Origin: Octopus sinensis
Lineage: Eukaryota
Direction of reading: 5' to 3'
DNA: 64,000 bases
Assembly (NCBI RefSeq): GCF_006345805.1
Contig: NC_043003.1
Span: 12,400,001 to 12,464,000 of the forward strand
Positions 39,401 to 53,766 of this stretch are shown one piece after another (the stretch's first letter is position 1; each line of letters starts with the position of its first letter). The translations under genes and the position numbers were made by a program. The notes under the pieces are model-generated. The model was not told the DNA's origin and ran no database searches. It saw only the letters and a program-made list of their open reading frames with translations.

Positions 39401-39431
<31 letters not shown>

Positions 39432-42400
39432 TGAGAAATAGCAAAAAATAATAATAATGATAATAAAATTTATAAGCGCAGACATGGCTGTGTGATTAGA
39501 AGCATACTTTGTCACCATGTGGTTTCAGGTTCAGTCCTACTGTGTTCCACTATAGCCAAGGCCAACTAATGTCCTCTAAGTTAATTTGGTCAAGCTCTTC
39601 ACATGTGTACATATACACATGTGTGTTCATGTATGTACCCACCATTGTTTCACAGCCAATGTCGGTTTGTTTACATCCCCATAACTAAACAGTTCAGCCA
39701 AAGACACCAATAGAATAAGTTCAAGCTTTAAAAAAAATGACAACTGGAGGTGATTTGTTTGACTAGAACCTTCAAGGTAGGGCTCCAGCATGGCCACTAT
39801 CCGATGATTGAAACAAGTAAAAGAAAAAACAAATGAAAAGATGAGAAACTTATTTTATTTATGTATGGATATTGGATCTTATATACATTTTCTTATGTTG
39901 TTGGTATCACACTTTGACACATTATTATTGAGAGTTGTTTTCCTTTCCTCTTTTTTTAATTTCTTTTTTTTATTTTAGTAGCTTTAGTGAACCACATTAG
40001 TAGGTTTAGGTTCTCATACTTTTGGAGAAAGGGTTCCTTATTCGCTCCTCCATCTGGAATTCTTGTTTCTACCTCTAGTCACTGAAGTGTGAAATAGTAA
40101 TTGAATAGATTTTGCAGACTGAAACAAATTGAATTTTATACCTTGCATAATAACATAGTGGTCAAAGAAAACTTCAAACAGCTAACCATATGTTATCAGT
40201 AATCCACCATATTCACTGTCACTACACTTCATACACCATATCCAATATTTATAACAATATATATCCTCTTAATATTGGTCCACTTAGCTAGGCATACTAG
40301 GAAACTGCACCATGTCTTTAGAAGGTAGCAAGCTGGCAGAATCATTTGCACACTGGGCAAAATGCTTAGATGCATTTTGCCTGTCTTTACATTCTGAGTT
40401 CAAATTTTGCTGAGGTTGACTGTACCTTTCATCCCTTTGGGGCCAGTTGATAAAATAAGTACCAGTTGAGCACTTTTATTCACGTAGCTGGGCCTACTAA
40501 GAAAATATGTCTATAAAAGAAAAATGCTTACAAATCGCAAAAAAAAAATGTTGGGGGTGTGTTTAAAAACTAAAGATCTTGATAGTTAGCAATTTAAGTT
40601 TTGGCACGTAAAAAGCACCCACTACACTCACGGAGTGGTTGGCGTTAGGAAGGGCATCCAGCTGTAGAAACACTGCCAGATCAAACTGGAGCCTGGCGCA
40701 GCCTCCTGGCTTCCCAGACCCCGGTTGAACCGTCCAACCTATGCTAGCATGGAAAATGGACTTTAAACGATGATGATGATGGATTTAGTTTTCTGTTATA
40801 ACTTCAGTGTCTTAAGAGCTTGTTAAGCATTGTATTTAACTCTTTTGATACTTTATTTCCGTTCAAATATGCTGCCTTCATTTTAATTATTTGTGAAAAA
40901 AATGAAGCATTTATCAAAAAATAACTTTGTCATTATTAAGCTAATGTTTGGAACATAATGTGAAGTTTTGATGCAAAGTTTTTAGATTAGATTACTATAA
41001 AAGAGGAAGATTTCATCATAGAATCTGGCAGTCTGGTACCAGATGGGTTAAATTAGTTGTGCAAGTGATATGTAATCTAACTCATTTTGGAGGATAGTAA
41101 TTCCAAAATAAGAAGAGATGACCTGATAATGATGATGGTGATATATTGCACACATCCAAACACAAAAGTGTCAGAATTTACTCTCATAAGCTCTCAAAGT
41201 GTAATCCAGTGTAATTCAAGTGTATTTTACATTTTAGTTATATCAATCATAATAATGTTGAAATGGAAAAAATTACAGGTTATATGTAAATTTCCATAAT
41301 CTGTCTCTTTTAACATTGTGTTTTAAAAGCACTTTTTCACCTTGAACTTGAAGATTATGTTTATGACACATAGGATATTTATGTTAGTAAATAAATGCAT
41401 TCTAAAATTTGTATCCTAAAATAAGTAGAGCAAATACTGTTGTAAAACCCACACACACCAAATGTGTTTTATATGTATTTCAGAAACTTCTTTTCACAGA
41501 AACCATTTAAAAAATTAACTGTTCCTGGTTTGGTTTATATTTGCAAGTTAACCAATTTTTAAAAAGCAGTTAACTGTAAAATTCTTTAGATATGTTTATG
41601 AGTCAATGTCCAGGTTTTCAAGTACCTAGAATTGACTGTTAGTGCAGCACATAAATTTAGGGTGTCTTTAAAAGAGAATTCTAGGGTGACTTGCTCTTGA
41701 AGTGAAATATAATTTAGTAATATAAGTACTAAAAATGTTTTTACTGATGATGTGTCTCTTGTAGCCTATACCACATTCACTCCTTAAGTCTTTAGCATTT
41801 AAACCAGTGATACCTTGCTCAAATATTCTAAATGTTTTATGTTCAAACTGGCCTGATCCAGCATTTCACTCATACCCTCCAATGTCATTCTAAGAATAAA
41901 CAATCACAGCTTCGAAATCTCTAAGCTACAAGATAATAAATGATTAATTTTTAAAAAGTTAATAAACAAGCATTATATTTGACAGAGTAATCTGAATGTT
42001 AATAGGTTAAACAGATTTAAAGGAACACAAGATGTATTTGTGGACAGATTGGTTAAGGCTGGCTTCAAGCATGGCTGTGAAGCTAAAAACTTTGTTTGGC
42101 AACCATATTGTTCTGAGTTCGATTTCACTGTTGATATTATGGTCAAATGTCTTTTACATCAGCTTGACCAGTATACATTGTGAATTGAGACTAGCAGACG
42201 AGACAGTGGAGAAGAGCTGAGAACACTTCTAGTATTGATTAAATATTTTATTTTTTTTTTTTAGTTTTTTAGCATTTCATTTGCACTTCTCAGAAATGTC
42301 TGCATAATGAACACTACTTCAAACTGGAACCGATGCTATTATCACTATTCTGGAGTTAGGTTTTACTCACTCAGCCGTATCAATATCCATTCAATTTTTC

Positions 42401-45400
42401 TGGACGATTGGAAATAATGCCTGTTTTTAATCAAATGGAAAATCTTTTCACTTCTTTATGATCTTCCCTTTTTTTCCTATTTTTTAATTTGTCTTCCAAA
42501 AGAACCTCATTAGACCCATCTATGGTTATTGAACTAATTATTATACCAACTTTATTCAAAGTTACCATTGTTATACCTAAATATAATTTATGCTCGTGTG
42601 TGTGTGTGTGTGTGCACGTGTATGTGTGTGTAAAGGCATGGATGACTATCTGTGCTGGAGTGATTGTGTGTGTGTGTGTCTTTTACATATGTTTGAAAGA
42701 TATGTTAATTATGCTGTGCTAAAATTCTATGATTTTAGAAGGAAACTAATGGTCGTCAGCTTTTATCTTTTAATTGTTTCAGTCATTAAGACTGCAGCCA
42801 TGCCTTGAAAAGCTTTTAGTGAAATAAAATGACCCCAATACCTTTTTTCTTTTAAAGCCTGGTACTTATTTTAATGGTCTCTTTTGCCAAACTGCTTAGT
42901 TAGAGAGATATAACCAAAACAACACCAGTTGTCAAGCTGTGGGGAGGGGGGACAAGCACACACACACACACGACAGGCTTCTTTCAGTTTCTGTCTACTA
43001 GACCCACTCACATGTATTTGGTTGGCCTGAGGCTATAGTAGAAGACACTTACCCAAAGGGCCACACTGTGGGACTGAACCGAGAACCATGTGGTTGGAAA
43101 GCAAACTTCTTACTGCACTGCTATTCCTGCACCTTGACAAAAATTTAGCGACGTGTGAACATTTGGATGAGTTGTTCTGCCATTAACAAAAATTTAGTGA
43201 AATTCGCAAATCTGGATAAGTCTGGATCCTGACATTTTAGGCCAAGCCTTTCATCTTGTAAAGAAAATAAATGTCTTTACAAAGGGGTTAGCTTGCTCTG
43301 TAAAATTCAAATTTGGTATATTTATTAGGTTTGTTGTAAACCAGTTGCTTTGTTATTGATCTTATTGAATGTTTTGTATAATAAACCTTTTAGAGACCAT
43401 GTTAATTCATTGTTGTCATCATCATCATCATCATTTAATGTTCATTTTCCATTCTGGCATGGGTTGGATGGTTCGGCAGGAACCAGTGAACCAGAGAACT
43501 GTACTAAGCTCCAATCTCTGCTTTGGCATGGTTTCTTCAGCTGAATGCCCTTCCTAATGCCAACTACTTTACAGAGTGTATTGGATACTTTTTTTTATGT
43601 AGCATCAATATCAGTGAGGTCACTAAATAACTCACGAGACAACACACCTCACTGTAAGAATTGATCCTGCATTTTTATATGAAAGTTTGGGGCTTATAGT
43701 TAAAGAATGTTCATTCTTCTATGGACCTAATCTTATTCACAGACACATATATTTGTATTTGCTGAATTACTAGCCCATGGGTTTCAACCCTCACTGATCT
43801 GGTGTTGTGTTCTTAGGATTAAGTCACATTACTCCTTACTACCTCAACCTATTCACCCAAAAAATATTTAGCATTCCTACCTTATAATTAATTGACTGTT
43901 CTGTGTTAGAAAAGTTGACTGTCAAACTAATTAACATTGGAATTTTATAAAGCAATCTAACAATACTTATTATGAACAGTGGCTATAAAACAGTTTCCAA
44001 AATGCATAATCTAATTTGAAGTCCATCATGCTATTTTGTAAAGTGTTTATCATTCCCTTTATTTCTATCTTAATATTTTTAATAACAAACTCACTTTGCT
44101 GCACTGGGAAGACATTTATAGAATTGACTTGCTTCTTGCAAGATGTTGCATGATCATGATTAAGGATAACTAATCAACTAACTTTATTAATCCTCTCTAA
44201 TGTATAATATGAAACTTTGTTTAAAATTTCAATCCTCAGATATTTTGGAAATAGGCAAACTTAAATCATAAAATGTATAAACATGCAACAAGCCTCAGCT
44301 CCCTAAAATTACTAGCCTTGTGCTTATATTTGAACCCATTATTATTACTATTATTGAAATAGGATTCATTGGGATATTATCTGGTTTGTAAGGGTGGCAC
44401 AGATGGTAAGTGTGCTGAGCAGTAATTAATTTCATTGATTGATGACTGAGTTCAAATCCTACCTGTTAGCTTCCACATTTCATTTTATCTTTTATCCCTC
44501 CAGGAAATATTTACCGTATTCTGTTCAACAGACTACAGCTGCTCCAACAAATCATGTGTGTGTGTGGGGGGGGGGGTACACCAAAACCCAAGTAGTGTAG
44601 TTGGCAGACACAAAACAGGACTTATCTCTTAGTATATTGGATATATTAAAATAGATGCAAAAACAAAACTGAAAAACAAGTAGGCTAGAATATAAATGGA
44701 ATAGTTACACTCATTTGCTTTCAATCTATTTGGTGGTAATTAATAATGCTGATTGGTACTTATTGTTTATAAAAGGTTTTTTTTTTCCATTTTATTTAGC
44801 CAAACCCATTCCCAAAACTTAAAGTATTTTCCAGAACCATTTGATTTAATTAGATTTGGAGACATATGGTTTTCTCTTTATCCTTTTTTGATATTTTTTT
44901 CTCATTCATATTAATCATTATTGATTGATTCTTGATTGATTAAAATAATGTAAAAATGAACTTTGAAGTTATTTTGATATTGTCATAATCACCATCATCA
45001 TTGTCATCTTCAGTTAAAGAAGTGATCTGATAAGGTATGAAATAACATTATATTGGTTTTAAAGCTGGATCTAGCTCCTAGCACATTATGCTAGGTAGCA
45101 ATAAATAACATTATATTAATGACATACAGGAAAAAGTTTCGCAAACCAGCACTATCAATCACAACAAAGTTTTATCATTAGTTTGTGACAATATTTCCTT
45201 TACTGCTGTGATTTTCAGTTCAGATATAAGAGTAAATAGTGTTCAGATTCTCTTGGTTACTATGTTAGCTATTGTAACTCAACAAAGACTTTATTTACAA
45301 CTGGCATAGAGTAATTTATTTATATTATAATTAGCATATGCAATTGTGAAGTATGAAGATAAAATAAAGATATAATAAAGCACAAAAATTAATCAGAGTA

Positions 45401-48285
45401 AGTATGATTAGAATGGATGCTTCATATTTGTTACAAGACAGGGCACCGTCAAAAGGAATGTAATCAGGTTTCTGCTTTTGTTTAAGCACAAAGAGTGTGT
45501 GTGTGTGTGTGCATATGTAGATAGATTGATAGATCGATAAATAGGTAGATAGATAGATAGATATATGTATATACATACATCTCAAGAAAACATCTTGTGG
45601 GCATTGAAGATTGAAATTTGCAACAATGAGATTTGTATAATATAGATACGTAAGGTAAGCCTGAAGGTTCCATGATCTGAGGGAATTAGATTTTGATTGA
45701 GAGAATGGCTATGATTTGATATTAACAACCAATTCTGGTAAAACAGACTTGTTATAACTACACACTGAAGTGATAACACAAGCGAAATGAATAATGAACC
45801 TAACAGAAGAAATAACAAAAGTTACGGCAGCTGGAAGAAAGCAATTTCAGAAAATTGTATCAACCACAAAAAAAAAATATGCAAAAATATAATCATTATA
45901 AATTTAATAAAAGTATGGGATATATTAAAACTCACGTATTCCTGTAAAAAGTAAGAACTTTTTTCATTGAGTTGCATTTGGTTTGTTTTCTTAAGTTGTC
46001 AACCTAGACATTTTAGTATTTTGCCAGCATAAACATTATTTTTTAGCTAAAATTAATATAACTGTTATAACACTGCAAGATGACATGATGTTGGGTGTTC
46101 TCTGTTTTGATATGTTCAACATAGCTTTTTTTTGCAGCTCAGATACAAAATGAATACCTATAAACCATTGAATAATGTGAACTTTCCTTTTCTAATAAAA
46201 TAATACACTGCCTATGTCTTTCAATTGATTTTGAAACAATCAAAAATTTGGAGGGATCTAGTTAAATAATAAAAAAATACAACAAAACCTTTTGATAAGC
46301 TGGTATTGTAACCATTTTGTTATTGTATTTATTTTGAGATGCTCTGTGTTTCTTTCAATTACTTTAAGTATAACAAAGAATTTAGTAAAATAATTTATTT
46401 ATCATTCAGCTGGTGTTAGGAACATAAATTGTGACTAAGGTTTGGTGGAAGATGTTAGTTCAAAACTTATGAAAACAAGACATTTGTACTTAGTGCGAAA
46501 GCCAGTTTCAGCCGGGTTGGTAACAAAAGGGTTAAGGTGGTGAGCTAGCAGAATTGTTAACACATTGGCCAAAATATTTTGCAGCATTCCTTCTGGATTT
46601 TTACTCTTTGAGCTCAAATACAGCCAAGGTCAACTTTGTTTTTTATTCTTCTGGGTTCAATAAAATTAATATTAGTTGAAGACTGGGGTTGATGTAATCA
46701 ATTATTTCCTTACCCTAAAATTGCTGGCCTTGTGTGAAAATTGGCACATACTCAATAAAAGTTGTTTCATAAAATTAAGATGGAGGGTTTTAATTCAAAT
46801 AAGAACACTTATGAAAATAGAGTTTTGTATCATAGAAACTGGAAATAGTCTTGAAAGGGTTAAATAGGTGACTGTAGTAGGTTTTACTTTGATTCTTACC
46901 AAAAGTTGTTAGGATAATTTAAAAGACAGTCTTTACTAATGTAATTCAAGGAAAAAAATGCTTTAAAAGGGTTTCTTATTTCTTACTCAAATTTTAGGAT
47001 AAATTTGAGCCATAGTATTATTGTGTCAGTTAAGCATTGATACTTTTAGTTAGAAATAAGAATTAAACGAATCAGCATTCAGAACCTGTCTAGTTCATCA
47101 AATACAATTTCGGTGAGGGTGGGAGAACCCATCTATTTTCATAGTCATACTTTGTTTCTGTGTGTATCCCAGTAGTAGAATAACTTTACTGGCATGTTGT
47201 TAGAAGTGACTAAAAGTGTTGGCCACAAGAAGGGTGTCTGCCTGTAAATCACTGCTACCAAAAAACTGTCCAGGAAAAGCAGATATAAAACTCTGATGAT
47301 GATGACAATGATGACAGTGGCAGTTTTAGTTTATACTTTGTGTGAGATATTAGTATTATTCTCAGTTTGATAAATATAATCTGTACTTTAATAAAACAAA
47401 CATATTTTCTAGATTATTTATCCTTGGTTGTAAAAGCCTATTATTCTCATAAATCTTTGTAAAATATTATTAAAGATTTTGAAAAGCTGTTGACTTTTAC
47501 AATAGAAATTAACTTTAGTTTATTCAAAGATGTTTTATTTCAAAAATAATAAATTTCTGTGCTAGCTTTGTTTCAAATGAATTCACTTTATCGGTGGATA
47601 TAGAGATGTTATTGATCTTTTCAAGCTCTTCAGTTCCTTATGCTTTGCACACAATATTTCAAAAATATTTTCCATTCTTTTTCAACTTACTCAACTGTAA
47701 ATCATTTTGTAATGATTTTGTGACAATATTATATTACATACATACCCCCCCACACACACACACACTCATACATGCTAAAGATTTAAGAAATAAGAATTCT
47801 ATGACTTAAACTTCTTTCAGTTTGTTGGTTTAAAAGTTACCTAAATTTGAGTGGCCAGTGTGGCATATCGAACAAGCATCTAATGAAGAACCAACTGCTA
47901 CTTTACTCTTGTGAATACCTGTTATTCCCACCACCACCACCACTATGTAAATGTTTTGTTTATTTATCTATAATAAGCATAAACAATATTACAAGAGAAC
48001 TATTTGATTTTCTAAGATTTTTTAAAATCATTTCCCAGCATCATATTTTTGTTTCTTGTTCAAAGCAATTTCAGGTTCAGTTCCACTGCATAACACTTTG
48101 GGCAAGTGTTTTCCACTGTAGCCTTGTGAGTGAATTTGATAGATGGAAACTGGAAGCCTATTGTGTGTGTGTGTGTGTGTGTGTATTTGTTCTTTCCACC
48201 ATCTGACAACCAGTGATATCATGTTTATGTCTTCATAACTTAGTGGTTTGGTGAAAGGGATGATAAAATAAGTGCCATACTTTAA

Positions 48286-48505
48286 CCCTTCAGCATTCAG
48301 ATTACCCTGTTAAATGTAATGCTTATTTATTCATCTTGTTTTGAATTAATCATGCATTATGTTGTAGCTTTGAGATTTCGATGGTGCGTTTGTTTAGTTT
48401 TAGAATGACATTGTAGGATAGGTGTAAGAGGCTGAATCTTGCCAGTTTGAACATAAAACAGTTGAAATATTTGAGCCAGATATGGCCGGTTTAAACATTA
48501 AAGGG
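48286..48505. mobile_element. piggyBac-type MITE family P1 (best copy)
   Basis: TTAA|cccttcagcatt ... aacattaaaggg|TTAA. Other copies at 2296-2515, 9874-10054, 11675-11897, 41789-42006, 56088-56938 (interrupted) and about 60099-60230. Confidence 0.8.
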
Positions 48506-49519
48506 TTAAAAGAACTAAGTTCTTTGTTTAACAAAACCCTTCAAGGTGGTGCCTCAGAACGGTTACTGTCCATGACTGAAACTAGAAAAAGATATCTTGT
48601 TCAGGTATATTTTCATTTCTTTAATAATTACATAATTTTAAAAAACCACCAAGCATTGAGCATTAAAAACAAATTATCTAGAAATAAATATTTGAGGAAA
48701 AAATAATATTAATCACCAATTTATATTATTTTAATTTTTCTAATAAGTAGAGGAGACAAATACATGCAAACTTATTCTGACCTCATCAGAAAAGCTTAGC
48801 TTTCACTGTTCCCGTGAAAGTAGTGATAAAAGAATCACTATGAATCACTAGCTTATGAAGATAAAATTGTTTAGAAATTAGATAATTCAGAAGACTTGCT
48901 TAAGTGAATTGACATGAGCATTTATTAGTGAAGAAGTATTATATAAATCAACACAGTTGCCATGTAAGATTTTTGTAGTAAAAAAATAAAATAAAGGCAT
49001 TTAAATAATTATTTTCTATGCAGACTTGGCTGTGTGGTAAAAAGTTTACTTCACAGTCATGTGGTCTCTGGTTCAGTCTAACTTTGTGGCACCTTGGGCA
49101 GGTGTCTTCTATAGCTCCAGATCAAAGGAAACCTTGTCAGTGGATTTGGTCAACAGAATCTGAAAGAAGCCCATCATACACACATATGCATGCATGCACG
49201 TGCACACACACACATGTGTTACTGTCTGCTTGTCTTGGCTTCATATGGTAGTTGTAAATAAGCATCGCTGTCATGCAGAGGCTATCCTTCATTTCCAATC
49301 TTCTGTGAAAGCATGTCTAACTATGGGTTGGCAACAGGAAAGGCATCTGGCTGTAGAAAATCCACAAATTCCATCTGACTCATGCTAGCATGGGCAAGTG
49401 AACATTAAAATGATGATGCTGATACATAAGTGTTATGCAGATACTAAACAGGTGCAATTATATAACTTGCCCTGCCAATGCCTACACATTATCCTTGACT
49501 CTGATCTGATATTCTATAT

Positions 49520-50020
49520 CATCATCATCGTTATTGTTATTATTATCATTGAGTGAGAGAGCAACGTATGCCATCAAAGTGACACATGAGTATAATTATA
49601 CGAATCCCAATATACCCATCGTAACTACCCGTCTGATAAGGGTACACCAGGCACATGCATTACAACCACATGTGCGTGACATAGTGATCTTATATCAAGA
49701 TAAAACGCGCATGACCTTGCAGGTGGGAGCCCAGTTAGAATTTTCTTCAGTTTGTGTAGCCCATCCTGTTCAAAAGGTCCTTGAATAAATTTTGTTTAAG
49801 GATGATGAACGAAACACCCATGTTTCCAGATTTGAATTATTCAAACCCCAAAGAATTTCTCTCAACACATGGCTATGATGCTCCCCCACTACTTCTGCTC
49901 GTGATCAGAGATGCACATATCGTCAGCCACCAAGGGACATGCTCAACTGGTTACAGTCAGACAACTGACAAGCAAATCTGTGGTATTGAGCGGAGTATTT
50001 GCTGTAGCCCATCTTTTATA
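49520..50020 (-). repeat. Probable non-autonomous interspersed repeat with (GAT)n-like tail
   Basis: GC-richer block of about 500 bp bounded by (CAT)n runs. Only one copy in the window, so the repeat call is inference. Confidence 0.35.
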
Positions 50021-50355
50021 ATAGGACAGAGCATTGCATCAGGGTATGTCATCATCATCATCATCATTATTATTATTATTATTTCACTTGAAAGGGAAAT
50101 TGAGAGTGGAGAGGGAAGTGCTGTCCTCAAGTGTGTTTATTGAAAGGTGGGTGAAAGTTGTGAAAATGGCAAGAGTGGACGATACCTCTCTAAGTGTGGA
50201 TATCCAGGTATATAAACAATACCTCAATAGCATTTTCATCTAATCATGGAAGCATTGGGGGTGGGGTTAATGGCTGTAAAATTGAATGAACCAATCAAAA
50301 CACACACACACATATACATGAACTTTGCTCTTCCATGACCAGAATAACAATGGTT

Positions 50356-50760
50356 AAGGTGGTGAGCTGGTAGAAACATTAGCACGCCGGGCAAAATACT
50401 TAGTGGTATTTCGTCTGTGGTTACGTTCTGAGTTCAAATTCTGCCAAGGTCAACTTTGCCTTTCATCCTTTCGGGGTCGATTAAATAAGTACTAGTTACG
50501 CACTGGGGTCGATATAATTGGCTTAATCCGTTTGTTTGTCCTGTGTGTTTAGCCCCTTGTGTGTAGTAAAGAAACAGGTATTTCGTCTGCTATTACGTTT
50601 TGAGTTCAAATTCCGCTGAGGTCGACTTTGCCTTTCATCCTTTCGGGGTTGATAAATTAAGTACCAGTTATGCACTGGGGTCGATGTAATCGACTTAATC
50701 TATTTGTCTGTCCTTGTTTGTCCTTTCTATGTTTAGGCCCTTGTGGGCAATAAAGAAATA
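50356..50760 (+). mobile_element. SINE family A dimer
   Basis: Full monomer plus a 5'-truncated second unit starting at gtatttcgtctg. 15-bp TSD agaataacaatggtt at 50341-50355 and 50761-50775. Confidence 0.88.
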
Positions 50761-52992
50761 AGAATAACAATGGTTTGGTCAACTAATGAAGAGATAGAGG
50801 TAACAGTATGTCATTATTAATTTGTAGAGCTATGAAGCTGCCCTGGCTGTTGCCTTGCACTCAAAGAAATCTGATTAGGGAATAAATTAACAACAGGTGG
50901 ATTATCAATATCTTCAGTGAATTTAAGAGCTGCATTAGGGTTGGGACAAATGACTTTGAAGAATAAGCTTCGTTTCGGCTGTTTACCTTGCTCATGCTGC
51001 TTCTGGATTAACTAATAAAGGTGAAATAACAAAAAATCCCAAACAAAAGCTCTCTATCTTCAAATTATGTCTACATTCCTTCATATTTTCAAAGTTTGGT
51101 ATCTTGATAGGTGGGAGGTGATGGATTAGTTAAAATAACAAAATGAAGCTGAGCTGTATAAATAATGTTAGCTTTGTGTAATCACACTTCTCTTATGGTT
51201 TTTTTTTTTCTTTTTCTTTTTTTTTTTTTTTTTTTTTTTTGGTAGAAGTATTTATGAGTTGGAACATGGGTGGAAAGACAATATTTTTTCTTTCCTTAAT
51301 CTAATCTACATCTAGTTGGTTCAAATCCTGCTGAGGTTAACTTTACCATTCATCACTCCAGGACTCACTCATACATTAAAGCACCAGTTAAGTACTGGAG
51401 TCAATGTAATCAACTAGTAACCCCTCCCTCAAAATTGCTGGCCTTGTGCCTAAATAAAAAATCATTATTATTATTATATCTTTAACTTTTGCTTTGTATT
51501 TGTACAAGTTGACTCCAAGTCTCACCCAGAGACCTCAAGAGACAACAAGTTAGAAGTTCATGTTGGTGTTATGCCTAGGGTGTCATATATTTGGTTTTGC
51601 ACAGAGTATTGTTTTAGAGAATGTTTAAGAAAGCATAAGAAAATTATAAGTTTTTCTTAAAATTTGAGATTACTTAGACAGTAGTTTACATAGGTTATGG
51701 GCAGTTCTCATGAGCACTATCTTTTGAATTTCTGCCATTTTCGGGTTTCCTGGTATCTGAGCTAGGTAGGAATCAGCCCCTTTTGCTATCATTATTATCA
51801 TTATCATCATCAAGACAGTGAGCTGGCAGAATAGTTTGTGCTGGAAAAACAATGCTTAGTGGCATTTCTTCAAGCTCTTTTTGCTCCGAGTTCAAATCCT
51901 GTGAAAGTTGGCTTTCCCTTTCATCTTTTTTGGGGTTGATAAAATGAGTACTGGTTGAACACTGAGGTCTATGTAATTGATTATCTCCCTCCTCTCAAAT
52001 TTCAGGCCTTGTTCCTTTAGTAGAAGGGATTGTTACTATAATAAAGATATGATGAAGTAATAGAAATTGTGTGTGTGTGTGGAGTTCAAATCCAGGATTA
52101 ACTTTCTTTTGTTTCTCTAAAGTCGATAAATAGACAGGGTTAATTTAATGAGCAAGGTAGCTCTCTTCTCTTATGAGTTTCTGTCTTTGAGCAAATGTAA
52201 GAAAATAATTGGCAGAAATAGTAGATCTATGGACCAACTTAGCTTAAAGAATTTAGTTTCTCTTCTTGCATTAGAATTTGCCAACTGCATCTCTCAAGAA
52301 ATTACATTTATTCTTAATACAATAAGAAATCGTGATCATCATCATCTTCATCATTTTAATATTCACTTTTTCATGCTTGTTTGGGAATTTGTTGAGGCAT
52401 ATTTTCTGCGGCTGGATGCCTTTCCTGTTGTCAACTTTCACCTGTTTCCAAGTAAGGTTATATCCCCACACTCCATGACAAGACATATTTTCACAGATGA
52501 TTTGGTAATGAACACCATCACTTACATGATGATGGCAATCAGATTATACCTATCACTTGAAGTCAAAGAGACAGTGCATGCACACATGCAAGGAACTTCT
52601 TTCAGTTTCTATCTAGCAAATATACTCACAAAGTTTTGATCGGTCCTTAGACACGGAACTAAACCTAAGAAGATGTGGTTGTGAAATAAATTTCTTACCA
52701 TGCAGCCACATATGTGTTTCTTGTTCTAAAATCAGAAAAATAAAAATAGTCTGAGCATATTACCAATTACCAATTTTTGTTGGATAACTGTTCTTCATGG
52801 AAGTGTTTATTCTGGGAGATTAAGAAAGGGGAAAAAAAACCAAAAACAATTGTGGTAAATTGTGTTGTTGATAAGTATATTTCTATAGTCAACTTGATAG
52901 CTTCATTTTTTTTTAACTGCATTATACAAAAATAGAACACCAAAGGCAAGTTCCTCTTGGCAGTTGTTGAAAATATATGTTGATAATTTTAC

Positions 52993-53134
52993 CAAGAGTA
53001 AGGTCCTGAAGTGGGCAGGTTCTATTTGGATTTTGTCCAATATTCTCATTGAAAAAGATAGGAAAGTTTCCCAAATGTCTGAATTATACTCTGTGAATGA
53101 TTCCATTTTGATAACCGAAGGAGTGCAGAATGAG
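52993..53134 (-). CDS. Candidate coding exon, strand uncertain
   Basis: Minus strand ttacag| ... TTG|gtaaaa gives SFCTPSVIKMESFTEYNSDIWETFLSFSMRILDKIQIEPAHFRTLLL. The overlapping + frame 52936-53140 is also open. Confidence 0.25.
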
Positions 53135-53313
53135 CTGTAACTTGGCAGAAGAAACATTGTTTCTTTTGATTGACTTCACAAGCTGTTGTGGTGATAGGCT
53201 GATTGTCAGATTAAGAATGAAAAGCAGAAAAATGATAGTATTGAAGAACCAACTTATTGCTTTGTTTAAGAATCTATTATTTAGTTTAATTTCTCACCTG
53301 TTATTTCTTTTAA

Positions 53314-53535
53314 CCCTTTCGTTACTGTATTTATTTTGAGATGCTCTGTGTTTCATTCAATTAATTTTAAATATAACAAAGAATTTAGTAAAATAACTGA
53401 ATTATTATTAAGTTTGTTTTAGGAACCTAAATTGTGACTAAGGTTTGGTGGAAGATTTTAATTCAAAACTTATGAAAATAAAACATTTATGCTACAGAGC
53501 CAGAGGCAGTATAAGCTGGGTTGGTATCGAAAGGG
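53314..53535. mobile_element. piggyBac-type MITE family P2 (best copy)
   Basis: TTAA|ccctttcg ... cgaaaggg|TTAA. Other copies at about 6510-6712, 38913-39122, 40840-41047, 46288-46531 and 59133-59352. Confidence 0.8.
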
Positions 53536-53553
53536 TTAATGTAATGTTAACAT

Positions 53554-53766
53554 CAGGGCTGTGGAGTCAGAGTCGGTAAAACTATACCGATTCCGACTCC
53601 AACTCACAATATCTTTATTCTTTAATACAAACCAGTTATAACATATAGGCCTACTCAAAGCACAAGTGTATGCATATGCTTTATGAGATATGTAAACTAC
53701 AATCACTTAATTATGTAAAGAGGAGTCGGAGTCAAAGTAGATTTTTGTTTTGACTCTACAGCCCTG
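53554..53766. mobile_element. hAT-type MITE
   Basis: TIR cagggctgtggagtc / gactctacagccctg. 8-bp TSD gttaacat / gttaatat (7 of 8 match). Confidence 0.8.

Noticed and set aside
42310-42430. UBA-like peptide TDAIITILELGFTHSAVSISIQ
   Set aside because: Stops lie immediately upstream in that frame, with no usable acceptor or start.
35453-45676. Chain of small minus-strand exon candidates (45579-45676, 42368-42396, 35453-35493) that can be joined in phase
   Set aside because: Phase compatibility arises easily when frames are chosen after the fact, and the joined peptide resembles nothing I recognise.
50820-51030. SYEAALAVALHSKK, similar to a hAT/Buster transposase motif
   Set aside because: Multiple stops, a very short match and no TIRs found.
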